NCBI GenBank assembly: GCA_030390025.1
Contig: CM059431.1
Coordinates: 99,574,001-99,638,000, forward strand
Length of the DNA stretch: 64,000 bases
From: Squalus acanthias
Lineage: Eukaryota
Direction of reading: 5' to 3'
Under the pieces are notes generated by a model. That model saw nothing but the letters and a program-made list of their open reading frames with translations. It ran no database searches and had not been told where the DNA came from. Positions 14,801-28,774 of the stretch are shown one piece after another (within the stretch, counting starts at the first letter, position 1; the number at the start of each line of letters is the position of its first letter). The translations under genes were made by a program, and so were the position numbers.

Positions 14801-17800
14801 GATTGTTATAGGATTCACTGATTGTTATAGGATTCACTGATTGTTATAGGATTCACCGATTGTTATAGGATTCGCTGATTGTTATAGGATTCACCGATTG
14901 TTATAGGATTCACCGATTGTTATAGTATTCACTGATTGTTATTGATTCACCGATTGTTATATGATTCGCCGATTGTTATAGGATTCACTGATTGTTATAG
15001 GATTCGCCAATTGTTATTGAATTCACTGATTGTTATAGGATTCACCGATTGTTATAGGATTTCCTGATTGTTATTGGATTCACTGATTGTTATAGGACTC
15101 ACTGATTCTTATAGGATTTAGGTTTCACCGGTTGTCATAGGATTCACTGATTGTTATAGGATTCACCGATTGTTATAGGATTCACCAATTGTTATAGGAT
15201 TTCCCGATCGTTATAGGATTTGCCGATTGTTAAAGGATTCAATGATTGTTATAGGATTCATTGATTGTTATAGGATTCACTGATTGTTATTGGATTTTCT
15301 GATTGTTATAGGATTCATTGATTGTTATAGGATTTGCCGATTGTTATAGGATTTGCCGATTGTTGTAGGATTTGCCGATTGTTATAGGATTCACCGATTG
15401 TTATAGGATTTGCCGATTGTTATACGATTCACCAGTTGTTATAGGAGTCACCGATTGTTATAGGATTCATTGACTGTTATACGATTCACCGATTGTTATA
15501 GGATTCACTGATTTTTATATGATTCACCGATTGTTATAGGATTCACCGATTGTTATAGGATTCACCGAATGTTATAGGATTCACTGATTGTTATAGGATT
15601 CATTGATTGTTATATGATTCACCGATTGTTATAGGATTCGCCAATTGTTATAGGATTTGCCAATTGTTATAGGATTCATTGATTGTTATAGGATTCACCG
15701 ATTGTTATAGGATTCACTGATTGTTATAGGATTTGCCAATTGTTATAGGATTCACCCATTGTTATAGGATTCGCTGATTGTTATAGGTTTTGCCTATTGT
15801 TATAGGATTTTCCGATTGTTATAGGATTCGCCGATTGTTATAGGATTTGCCAATTGTTATAGGATTCATCGATTGTTATAAGGTTCACCGATTGTTATAG
15901 GATTCACTGATTGTTATAGGATTCATTGATTGTTATACGATTCACCGATTGCTATAGGATGCACTGATTTTTATATGATTCACCGATTGTTATAGGATTC
16001 ACCGATTGTTATAGGATTCACCGAATGTTATAGGATTCACCGATTGTTTTAGGATTCACCGATTGTTATAGGATTCACCGATTGTTATAGGATTCACTGA
16101 TTGTTATAGGATTCACTGATTGTTATAGGATTCACTGATTGTTATAGCATTCACTGATTGTTATACGATTTGCTGATTGTTATAGGATTTGCCGATTGTT
16201 ATAGGATTCACTGATTGTTTTAGGATTCACTGATTGTTATAGGATTCATTGATTGTTATAGGATTCAGCATTTGTTATAGGATTTACCGATTGTTATAGG
16301 CTTCAAAAATTGTTGGAGGATTTGCCGATAGTTATACGATTCGCCAGTTGTTATAGGATTCACTGATTGTTATAGGATTGATGATTGTTATAGGATTCAC
16401 TGATTGTTATAGGATTCACTGATTGTTATAGGATTCACCGATTGTTATAGTATTTACCATTGTTATAGGATTCACTGATTGTTATAGGATTTACCGATTG
16501 TTATAGGATTCGCCGATTGTTATAGGTTTGACTGATTGTTATAGGATTCGCCGATTGTTATAGGATTTGCCGATTGTTATAGGATTCACTGATTGTTATA
16601 GGGTTCACTGATTGTTTTAGGATTCACTGATTGTTTTAGGATTCATCGATTGTTAAAGGATTTGCCGATTGTTATACGATTAACCGACTGTAATAGGATT
16701 TACCGATAATTATGCGATTCACCGATTGTTATAGGATTCGCAGATTGTTATAGGATTCACCAATTGTTATAAGATTTGCCGATTGTTATAGAATTCACCG
16801 ATTGTTATAGGATTCACCGATTGTTATAGGATTCACTGATTGTTATAGGATTCACCAATTGTTATAGGATTTACCATTTGTTATAGGATTCACCGATTGT
16901 TATAGGATTCACTGATTTTTATAGGATTTGCCGATTGTTATAGGATTGACTGATTGTTATAGGATTCGCCGATTGTTATAGGATTGACTGATTGTTATAG
17001 GATTTGCCGATTGTAATAGGATTTGCCGATTGTTATAGGATTCGCCGATTGTTATAGGTTTCACCGATTGTTATATGATTTCCTGATTGTTATTGGATTC
17101 ACCAGTTGTTATAGGATTCACCGATTGTTATAAGGTTCACCGATTGTTATAGGATTCACTGATTGTTATAGGATTCACCAATTGTTATAGGATTTACCAT
17201 TTGTTATAGGATTCACCGATTGTTATAGGATTCACCGATTGTTATAGGATTTGCCAATTTTTATAGGTTTCACTGATTGTTATAGGATTTGCCGATTGTT
17301 ATAGGATTCACTGATTGTTAAAGGATTCACTGATTTTTACAGGATTTGCCGATTGTTATAGGATTGACTGATTGTTATAGGATTCGCCGATTGTTATAGG
17401 ATTGACTGATTGTTATAGGATTTGCCGATTGTTATAGGATTTGCCGATTGTTATAGGATTCACCGAATGTTATAGGATTCACCGATTGTTTTAGGATTCA
17501 CCGATTGTTATAGGATTCAGTGATTGTTATAGGATTCATCGATTATTATATGATTCACTGATTGTTATAGGATTCACCAATTGTTATAGGATTTGCAAAT
17601 TGTTATAGGATTTGCCAATTGTTATAGGATTCATTGATTGTTTTAGGATTCACCGATTGTTATAGGATTCACTGATTGTTATAGGTTTTTCCTATTGTTA
17701 TAGGATTCGCCGATTGTTATCGGATTCACCGATTGTTATAGGATTTGCCAATTGTTATAGGATTCATCGATTGTTATAGGATTCGCCAATTGTTATAGGA

Positions 17801-20800
17801 TTCATCGATTGTTATAAGATTCACCGATTGTTATAGTATTTACCATTTGTTATAGGATTCACTGATTGTTATAGTATTTACCATTTGTTATAGGATTCAC
17901 TGATTGTTATAGGATTTACCGATTGTTATAGGATTCGCCAATTTTTATAGGTTTGACTGATTGTTATAGGATTTGCTGATTGTTATAGGATTCACTGATT
18001 GTTAAAGGATTCACCGATTTTTATGGATTTGCCGATTGTTATAGGATTGACTGATTGTTATAGGATTCGCTGATTGTTATAGGATTGACTGATTGTTAAA
18101 GGATTCACTGATTTTTATAGGATTTTACCGATTGTTATAGGATTGACTGATTGTTATAGGATTCGCCGATTGTTATAGGTTTGACTGATTGTTATAGGAT
18201 TCGCCGATTGTTATAGGATTTGCCGATTGTTATAGGATTCACCGACTGTAATAGGATTTACCGATAATTATGCGATTCACCGATTGTTATAGGATTCGCA
18301 GATTGTTATAGGATTCACCAATTGTTATAGGATTTGCCGATTGTTATAGAATTCACCGATTGTTATAGGATTCACCGATTGTTATAGGATTCACTGATTG
18401 TTATAGGATTCACCAATTGTTATAGGATTTACCATTTGTTATAGGATTCACCGATTGTTATAAGATTCACCGATTGTTATAGGATTTGCCAATTTTTATA
18501 GGTTTCACTGATTGTTATAGGATTTGCCGATTGTTATAGGATTCACTGATTGTTAAAGGATTCACTGATTTTTATAGGATTGCCGATTGTTATAGGATTC
18601 CCCGATTGTTATAGGTTTCACCGATTGTTATAGGATTCACTGATTGTTATAGGGTTCACTGATTGTTATAGGATTCACTGATTGTTATAGGGTTCACTGA
18701 TTGTTTTAGGATTCACTGATTGTTTTAGGATTTACCGATTGTTATAGGATTCGCCGATTGTTATAGGATTGATTGATTGTTATAGGATTCACTGATTGTT
18801 ATAGGATTCACTGATTGTTATAAGATTCACCGATTGTTATAGTATTTACCATTTGTTATAGGATTCACTGATTGTTATAGGATTTACCGATTGTTATAGG
18901 ATTCGCCGATTGTTATAGGTTTGACTGATTGTTATAGGATTCGCCGATTGTTATAGGATTGCCGATTGTTATAGGATTCGCCGATTGTTATAGGTTTCAC
19001 CGATTGTTATAGGATTCACTGATTGTTATAGGGTTCACTGATTGTTATAGGATTCACTGATTGTTATAGGGTTCACTGATTGTTTTAGGATTCACTGATT
19101 GTTTTAGGATTCATCGATTGTTAAAGGATTTGCCGATTGTTATACGATTAACCGAATGTAATAGGATTTACCGATTATTATGCGATTCACCGATTGTTAT
19201 AGGATTCGCAGATTGTTATAGGATTCACCAATTGTTATAAGATTTGCCGATTGTTATAGAATTCACCGATTGTTATAGGATTCACCGATTGTTATAGGAT
19301 TCACTGATTGTTATAGGTTTCACCAATTGTTATAGGATTTACCATTTGTTATAGGATTCACCGATTGTTATAGGATTCACCGATTGTTATAGGATTTGCC
19401 AATTTTTATAGGTTTCACTGATTGTTATAGGATTTGCCGATTGTTATAGGATTCACTGATTGTTAAAGGATTCACTGATTTTTATAGGATTTGCCGATTG
19501 TTATAGGATTGACTGATTGTTATAGGTTTCGCCGATTGTTATAGGATTCACCGATTGTTATAGGATTCACCGATTGTTATAGGATTCGCCGATTGTTATA
19601 GGATTCACTGATTGTTATAGGATTCACCGATTGTTATAGGATTCACTGATTGTTATAGGATTCACTGATTGTTATAGGATTCACCGATTGTTATAGGATT
19701 CACTGATTGTTATAGGATTCACTGATTGTTATAGGATTCACTGATTGTTATAGATTCACTGATTGTTATAGGATTCACCGATTGTTATAGGATTCACCGA
19801 TTGTTATAGGATTCACTGATTGTTATAGGATTCACTGATTGTTATAGGATTTGCCGATTGTTATAGGATTCACTGATTGTTATAGGATTCACTGATTTTT
19901 ATAGGATTCACTGATTGTTATAGGATTCACTGATTGTTATAGGATTCACCGATTGTTATAGGATTCACTGATTGTTATAGGATTAGCTGATTGTTATAGG
20001 ATTCACTGATTGTTATAGGATTCACGATTGTTATAGGATTCACCTATTGTTATAGGATTTGCCGATTGTTATACGATTCACCAGTTGTTATAGGATTCAC
20101 CGATTGTTATAAGGTTCACCGATTGTTATAGGATTCACTGATTGTTATAGGATTCATTGATTGTTATACGATTCACCGATTGCTATAGGATTCACTGATT
20201 TTTATATGATTCACCGATTGTTATAGGATTCACCAATTGTTATAGGATTCACCGAATGTTATAGGATTCACCGATTGTTTTAGGATTCACCGATTGTTAT
20301 AGGATTCAGTGATTGTTATAGGATTCATCGATTATTATATGATTGACTGATTGTTATAGGATTCACCAATTGTTATAGGATTTGCAAATTGTTATAGGAT
20401 TTGCCAATTGTTATAGGATTCATTGATTGTTATAGGATTCACCGATTGTTATAGGATTCACTGATTGTTATAGGTTTTTCCTATTGTTATAGGATTCACC
20501 GATTGTTATAGGATTCACCGATTGTTATAGGAATTGCCAATTGTTATAGGATTCATCGATTGTTATAGGATTCGCCAATTGTTATAGGATTCATCGATTG
20601 TTATAAGATTCACCGATTGTTATAGTATTTACCATTTGTTATAGGATTCACTGATTGTTATAGTATTTACCATTTGTTATAGGATTCACTGATTGTTATA
20701 GGATTTACCGATTGTTATAGGATTCGCCAATTTTTATAGGTTTGACTGATTGTTATAGGATTTGCTGATTGTTATAGGATTCACTGATTGTTAAAGGATT

Positions 20801-23800
20801 CACCGATTTTTATGGGATTTGCCGATTGTTATAGGATTGACTGATTGTTATAGGATTCGCTGATTGTTATAGGATTGACTGATTGTTAAAGGATTCACCG
20901 ATTTTTATAGGATTTTACCGATTGTTATAGGATTGACTGATTGTTATAGGATTCGCCGATTGTTATAGGTTTGACTGATTGTTATAGGATTCGCCGATTG
21001 TTATAGGATTTGCCGATTGTTATAGGATTCACCGACTGTAATAGGATTTACCGATAATTATGCGATTCACCGATTGTTATAGGATTCGCAGATTGTTATA
21101 GGATTCACCAATTGTTATAGGATTTGCCGATTGTTATAGAATTCACCGATTGTTATAGGATTCACCGATTGTTATAGGATTCACTGATTGTTATAGGATT
21201 CACCAATTGTTATAGGATTTACCATTTGTTATAGGATTCACCGATTGTTATAAGATTCACCGATTGTTATAGGATTTGCCAATTTTTATAGGTTTCACTG
21301 ATTGTTATAGGATTTGCCGATTGTTATAGGATTCACTGATTGTTAAAGGATTCACTGATTTTTATAGGATTTGCCGATTGTTATAGGATTCGCCGATTGT
21401 TATAGGTTTCACCGATTGTTATAGGATTCACTGATTGTTATAGGGTTCACTGATTGTTATAGGATTCACTGATTGTTATAGGGTTCACTGATTGTTTTAG
21501 GATTCACTGATTGTTTTAGGATTTACCGATTGTTATAGGATTCGCCGATTGTTATAGGATTGATTGATTGTTATAGGATTCACTGATTGTTATAGGATTC
21601 ACTGATTGTTATAAGATTCACCGATTGTTATAGTATTTACCATTTGTTATAGGATTCACTGATTGTTATAGGATTTACCGATTGTTATAGGATTCGCCGA
21701 TTGTTATAGGTTTGACTGATTGTTATAGGATTCGCCGATTGTTATAGGATTTGCCGATTGTTATAGGATTCGCCGATTGTTATAGGTTTCACCGATTGTT
21801 ATAGGATTCACTGATTGTTATAGGGTTCACTGATTGTTATAGGATTCACTGATTGTTATAGGGTTCACTGATTGTTTTAGGATTCACTGATTGTTTTAGG
21901 ATTCATCGATTGTTAAAGGATTTGCCGATTGTTATACGATTAACCGACTGTAATAGGATTTACCGATAATTATGCGATTCACCGATTGTTATAGGATTCG
22001 CAGATTGTTATAGGATTCACCAATTGTTATAAGATTTGCCGATTGTTATAGAATTCACCGATTGTTATAGGATTCACCGATTGTTATAGGATTCACTGAT
22101 TGTTATAGGATTCACCAATTGTTATAGGATTTACCATTTGTTATAGGATTCACCGATTGTTATAGGATTCACCGATTGTTATAGGATTTGCCAATTTTTA
22201 TAGGTTTCACTGATTGTTATAGGATTTGCCGATTGTTATAGGATTCACTGATTGTTAAAGGATTCACTGATTTTTATAGGATTTGCCGATTGTTATAGGA
22301 TTGACTGATTGTTATAGGTTTCGCCGATTGTTATAGAATTGACTGATTTTTACAGGATTTGCCGATTGTAATAGGATTTGCCGATTGTTATAGGATTCGC
22401 CGATTGTTATAGGTTTCACCGATTGTTATAGGATTTCCTGATTGTTATTGGATTCACCAGTTGTTATAGGATTCACCGATTGTTATAAGGTTCACCGATT
22501 GTTATAGGATTCACTGATTGTTATAGGATTCACCAATTGTTATAGGATTTACCATTTGTTATAGGATTCACCGATTGTTATAGGATTCACCGATTGTTAT
22601 AGGATTTGCCAATTTTTATAGGTTTCACTGATTGTTATAGGATTTGCCGATTGTTATAGGATTCACTGATTGTTAAAGGATTCACTGATTTTTACAGGAT
22701 TTGCCGATTGTTATAGGATTGACTGATTGTTATAGGATTCGCCGATTGTTATAGGATTGACTGATTGTTATAGGATTTGCCGATTGTTATAGGATTTGCC
22801 GATTGTTGTTGTATTTGCCGACTGTTATAGGATTCACCAATTGTTATAGGATTTGCCGATTGTTATACGATTCACCAGTTGTTATAGGATTCACCGATTG
22901 TTATAAGGTTCACCGATTGTTATAGGATTCACTGATTGTTATAGGATTCATTGATTGTTATACGATTCACCGATTGCTATAGGATTCACTGATTTTTATA
23001 TGATTCACCGATTGTTATAGGATTCACCAATTGTTATAGGATTCACCGAATGTTATAGGATTCACCGATTGTTTTAGGATTCACCGATTGTTATAGGATT
23101 CAGTGATTGTTATAGGATTCATCGATTATTATATGATTCACTGATTGTTATAGGATTCACCAATTGTTATAGGATTTGCAAATTGTTATAGGATTTGCCA
23201 ATTGTTATAGGATTCATTGATTGTTATAGGATTCACCGATTGTTATAGGATTCACTGATTGTTATAGGTTTTTCCTATTGTTATAGGATTCGCCGATTGT
23301 TATAGGATTCACCGATTGTTATAGGATTTGCCAATTGTTATAGGATTCATCGATTGTTATAGGATTCGCCAATTGTTATAGGATTCATCGATTGTTATAA
23401 GATTCACCGATTGTTATAGTATTTACCATTTGTTATAGGATTCACTGATTGTTATAGTATTTACCATTTGTTATAGGATTCACTGATTGTTATAGGATTT
23501 ACCGATTGTTATAGGATTCGCCAATTTTTATAGGTTTGACTGATTGTTATAGGATTTGCCGATTGTTATAGGATTCACTGATTGTTAAAGGATTCACCGA
23601 TTTTTATGGGATTTGCCGATTGTTATAGGATTGACTGATTGTTATAGGATTCGCTGATTGTTATAGGATTGACTGATTGTTAAAGGATTCACCGATTTTT
23701 ATAGGATTTTACCGATTGTTATAGGATTGACTGATTGTTATAGGATTCGCCGATTGTTATAGGTTTGACTGATTGTTATAGGATTCGCCGATTGTTATAG

Positions 23801-25627
23801 GATTTGCCGATTGTTATAGGATTCACCGACTGTAATAGGATTTACCGATAATTATGCGATTCACCGATTGTTATAGGATTCGCAGATTGTTATAGGATTC
23901 ACCAATTGTTATAGGATTTGCCGATTGTTATAGAATTCACCGATTGTTATAGGATTCACCGATTGTTATAGGATTCACTGATTGTTATAGGATTCACCAA
24001 TTGTTATAGGATTTACCATTTGTTATAGGATTCACCGATTGTTATAGGATTCACCGATTGTTATAGGATTTGCCAATTTTTATAGGTTTCACTGATTGTT
24101 ATAGGATTTGCCGATTGTTATAGGATTCACTGATTGTTAAAGGATTCACTGATTTTTATAGGATTTGCCGATTGTTATAGGATTGACTGATTGTTATAGG
24201 ATTCGCCGATTGTTATAGGATTGACTGATTGTTATAGGATTCGCCGATTGTAATAGGATTTGCCGATTGTTATAGGATTCGCCGATTGTTATAGGTTTCA
24301 CCGATTGTTATAGGATTTCCTGATTGTTATTGGATTCACCGATTGTTATAGGATTCATTGATTCTTGTAGGATTTAGGTTTCACCGGTTGTTATAGGATT
24401 CACTGATTGATATAGGATTCACCGATTGTTATAGTACTCGTTGATTGTTATAGGATTCACCAGTTGTCATAGGATTCACTGATTGTTATAGGATTCACCG
24501 ATTGTTATAGGATTCACCAATTGTTATAGGATTTGCCGATTGTTATAGGATTTGCCGATTGTTAAAGGATTCAATGATTGTTATAGGATTCATTGATTGT
24601 TGTAGGATTCACTGATTGTTATTGGATTTTCTGATTGTTATAGGATTCATTGATTGTTATAGGATTTGCCGATTGTTATAGGATTTGCCGATCGTTGTAG
24701 GATTTGCCGATTGTTATAGGATTCACTGATTGTTATAGGATTTGCCGATTGTTATACGATTCACCAGTTGTTATAGGATTCACCGATTGTTATACGGTTC
24801 ACTGATTGTTATAGGATTCACTGATTGTTATAGGATTCATTGATTGTTATATGATTCACCGATTGTTATAGCATTCACTGATTGTTATAGGATTCACTGA
24901 TTGTTAAAGGATTTGCTGATTGTTATTGGATTCGCTGATTGTTATAGGATTCGCCGATTGTTATAGGATTCACTGATTGTTATTGGATTCACTGATTGTT
25001 ATAGGATTCACCGATTGTTGTAGGATTCACTGATTGTTATTGGATTCAGTGATTGTTATAGGATTCGCTGATTGTTATAGGATTCGCCGATTGTTATAGG
25101 CTTCACCAATTGTTATAAGATTCACTGATTGTTATAGGATTAGCCAATTGTTATAGGATTCGCCGATTGTTATAGGATTCACCGATTGTTATAGGATTCA
25201 GCGATTGTTATAGGATTCACTGATTGTTATTGGATTCACTGATTGTTATAGGATTCGCTGATTGTTATATGATTTACCGATTGTTATAGGATTCACCGAT
25301 TGTTATAGGATTCACTGATTGTTATCGGATTCGCCGATTGTTATAGGATTCGCTGATTGTTTTAGGATTCACCGATTGTTATAGTATTCACCGATTGTTA
25401 TAGTATTCACTGATTGTTATTGCATTCACCGATTGTTATATGATTCGCCGATTGTTATAGGATTCACTGATTGTTATAGGATTTGCCGATTGTTATTGAA
25501 TTCACTGATTGTTATAGGATTCACCGATTGTTATAGGATTCACCGATTGTTATAGGATTCACCGATTGTTATAGGATTCACCGATTGTTATAGGATTCAC
25601 CGATTGTTATAGGATTCCCTGATTGTA
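2813..25627. repeat. Satellite array, 19-bp unit GGATTCACYGATTGTTATA, about 1200 copies, with higher-order structure
   Basis: Continuous tandem unit with recurring variant monomers and no ORFs of 60 aa or more apart from two that run into the gap. Confidence 0.98.
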
Positions 25628-25956
25628 TTTGGTGCTGGGAGTTCTGTCTGCAGACTATCTTTAGTGATGCTTAAATCATTACCCTAGGATAATCCCCCTT
25701 ACTGCCTTTATCCTCTGGAAAGTTCAATTTGATCTGTATCACGAGAAGAAAGTAGAAAGTTTTAGTGCAGAGTGTCAGCCGCAATATTTTCAGAACCAAA
25801 AAGGATTTTAAGTGATGTTCTGCTGTTGCAGCAACATGAAGTGGATGTAGTTTGTGTGATGCAGTAAATTAGCATAATTGTAAATGTGTTCCTCGAGCTT
25901 CCAGTCTTAAACTGTACTGTGGTGATTTGACATGACTACAGATCTAATTCTCAGAT

Positions 25957-26410
25957 AAAAGAAAGATTTACATTTATATATCGCCTTTCACGACCACCGG
26001 CCATCCCAAAGCGCTTTACAGCCAATTAAGTACTTTTTTGAAGTGCAGTCACTGTTGTAATGTAGGAAACGCAGCAGCCAATTTGTGCACAGCAAGCTCC
26101 CACAAACAGCAATGTGATAATGACCAGATAATCTGGTTTAGAGATGTTGGTTGAGGGATAAATATTGGACCAGGACACCGGGGAGAACTCCCCAGCTCTT
26201 CTTCGAAAAAGTGCCATACGTCCACCTGAGAGAGGGCAGAGGGTTTAAGTCTCATCCGAAAGACAGCACCTCCGACAATGCAGCATTCCCTCAGTACTGT
26301 GCTGGCACTGTCAGCTTAGATTTTTGTGCTCAAGTTTCTGGAGTGGGACTATGAACTCACAACCTTCATGACTCAGAGGCAAGAGTGCTGCCGACTGAGC
26401 CACAGCTGAC
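25957..26410 (-). mobile_element. tRNA-derived DeuSINE (SacSINE1/AmnSINE1-like), near full length
   Basis: Minus strand reads head TGGCTCAGTCGG, Deu-like core (GGCACTTTTTCGAAGAAGAG...CAGATTATCTGGTCATTATCACATTGCTG) and tail GTGAAAGGCGATATATAAATGTAAATCTTTC. Homologous to copies at 34427 and 35623. Confidence 0.85.
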
Positions 26411-26622
26411 ACAGGCGTGGGAGAGAGCTCAGTGAATGTTTTTTACACTCCAATACCGAGCTTCACTCCCAGATGGTGAATGGTAATTGTTGTGAGAACG
26501 CTGGCCAGAGCATTCACACTCGCGATACATCCAAACGAGCTCTGCTTCAGTTTATAAAGATTCCAGAGCTCCAGTGCACCTTTGAGCACTCTGTAAAGGT
26601 TTTTGTCATGGAGTTACATTGC

Positions 26623-27269
26623 CCAAGCGCTGGGGTTTATTTCTAGAGGGATAGAATTGAAAAGTAGGGAAGTTATGCTAAACCTGTATCGAACCTTGGT
26701 TAGATCACACTTGGAGTACTGCGTGCAGTTCTGGTCGCCATATTATAAAAAGGATATAAAGGCACTGGAGAGGATGCAGCGAAGATTTACAAGGATGATA
26801 CCAGAAATGTGAGGGTATACATATCAGGAAAGGATGAACAGGCTGGGTCTCTTTTCTCTTGAAAAAGAAGGCTGAGGGGTGAGCTTATAGAGGTCTTTAA
26901 AATTATGAAAGGTTTTGATAGAATGGATACAGAGAGAGTGTTTCCACTTGTGGGGAAGAGCAAAACTCGGGGCCATCAATATAAGATAGTCACCAAGAAA
27001 TCCAATAGGGAATTCAGAAGAAACTTCTTTACCCAAAGAGTGGTGAGAATGTGGAACTCGCTACCACAGGGAGTGGTTGAGGCGAATAGCAGAGATGCAT
27101 TTAAGGGGAGGCTGGACAAGCATATGAGGGAGAAGGGAATAGAGGGTTATGCTGATAGATTTAGATGAGGAAAGACAGGAGGAGGCTCGAATGGAGCATA
27201 AACGCCGGCATGGACTGGTTGGGCCGAATGGCCTGTTTCTGTGCCGTATATCTGATGTAATCCTTTGTA
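26623..27269 (+). mobile_element. CR1-clade LINE, 5'-truncated (ORF2 C-terminus and 3' UTR)
   Basis: Translation LYRTLVRSHLEYCVQFWSPYYKKDI...RRNFFTQRVVRMWNSLP, then 3' stem GGGCCGAATGGCC. Confidence 0.93.
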
Positions 27270-27537
27270 GTTATTCTCCACGTGGTGTCCAGGCCAAGAG
27301 GTGCGATGGCCTCCTTCATGGGAATCACACTGCTTCTTTCTGGAGTCAGATAGGACCTTGTCTCTGCTGCTATATTGTCACTTTGGTTTTGCTGGGAGAT
27401 GGAAACTGCAAAAGTGCTTGTATAACTGCATCCTTAGTACCCAAGAAGTGTTATTCAGCAGACTTAGTAACTGCCTGACCTGCTTTAATGTTCAACCTCA
27501 AACAATAGTGGACAACTCTCCATCGGGGCTGCCATCC

Positions 27538-27971
27538 TACACAGGATTACATCGAGTCTACAGCACAGAAACAGGCCATTCGGCCCAACTGGTCCGTGCC
27601 GGTGTTTCTGCTCCACACCAGCCTCCTCCCACCCCTCTTCATCTCACCCAATCACCATATCCTTCTATTCCTTTTTCCCTCATGTGTTTATCTAGATTCC
27701 CCTTAAATGTATCTCTCAACCACTCCCTGTGGTGGCGAGTTCCACATTCTCCCCACTCTCTGAGTAAAGAAGTTTCTCCTGAATTCCCTATCGGATTTAT
27801 TGGTGACTGTCTTATATTGATGGCCCCTAGTTCTGGTCTCCCCCACAAGTGGAAACATCTTCTCTACGTCTACCCTATCGAAATCCTTTCATAATTTTAA
27901 AGACCTCTATCAGGTCACCCCTCAGCCTTCTCTTTTCTGGAGAGAAGAGCCCCAGCCTGTTCAATCTTTCT
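27538..27971 (-). mobile_element. CR1-clade LINE 3' fragment, same subfamily as 26623-27269
   Basis: Reverse complement matches about 26826-27269. Translation includes FKGNLDKHMREKGIEGY. Confidence 0.92.
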
Positions 27972-28091
27972 AAAGTAGATGACTGATTGACATGACTGGT
28001 TCACCAGCATCTGACAGGGGATGAATCCTCACTTCAACTCTCCTTGAATTTGAACACACAATACTGATGAAATATACTTGGGTACAGTACT

Positions 28092-28482
28092 GGGTACGGT
28101 AGCGTAGTGGTGATGTCACTGGACTAGTAATCCAGAGGCCCTGGACTAATGATCCAGAGACGTGAGTTCAAATCTTCACCACTGGCAGCTGGGAAATTTA
28201 AATTCAGCTAATTAAATAAATCTGGGATAAGAAGCTAGTGTCAGTAATGGTGACTACCAGATTGTTGTAAAAACCCAACTGGCTCACTAATGTCCTTTAG
28301 GGAAGGAAATCTGCCGTCCTTACCCGGTCTGGCCTATATGTGACTCCAGACCCACAGCAATGAGGTTGACTCTTAACTGTCCTCTGAAATGGCCCAGTGA
28401 GTCACTCAGTTATAGGTAACTAGGGATGGACAATAAATGCCGGCCTTGCCAGCGATGCCCCATCCCGTGAATGAATAAAAAA
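28092..28482 (+). mobile_element. tRNA-derived SINE, second family, with LINE-derived tail
   Basis: A-box-like GGTAGCGTAGTGG, B-box-like GAGTTCAAATC, and tail TAGGGATGGACAATAAATGCCGGCCTTGCCAGCGATGCCC shared with the LINE at 29690-30222. Confidence 0.8.
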
Positions 28483-28774
28483 TAATTCTTTGTAGTGTGA
28501 ACTGTCACTGTTAAGATTAATTCTGCAATATTAAAACCCTGCTTCGGATTAAACCACAGACCATTATTTCAGTCTGTAACATAAGGCCAAATTGCTTTTC
28601 CTCAATCTCCCAGTTTAGTACCGATGAATCAAATCGTTGAGAATTTTTTATAGTAACTTTTTAGTCAATAGCAATTGGAAATGCTTGACTGTTGTTTTAC
28701 CGATGATTTAGTGTCATATCCACAGAAAATAAATTGAAACGGAATAGAGTGCACCACCCAATTTCTATAAGAGC

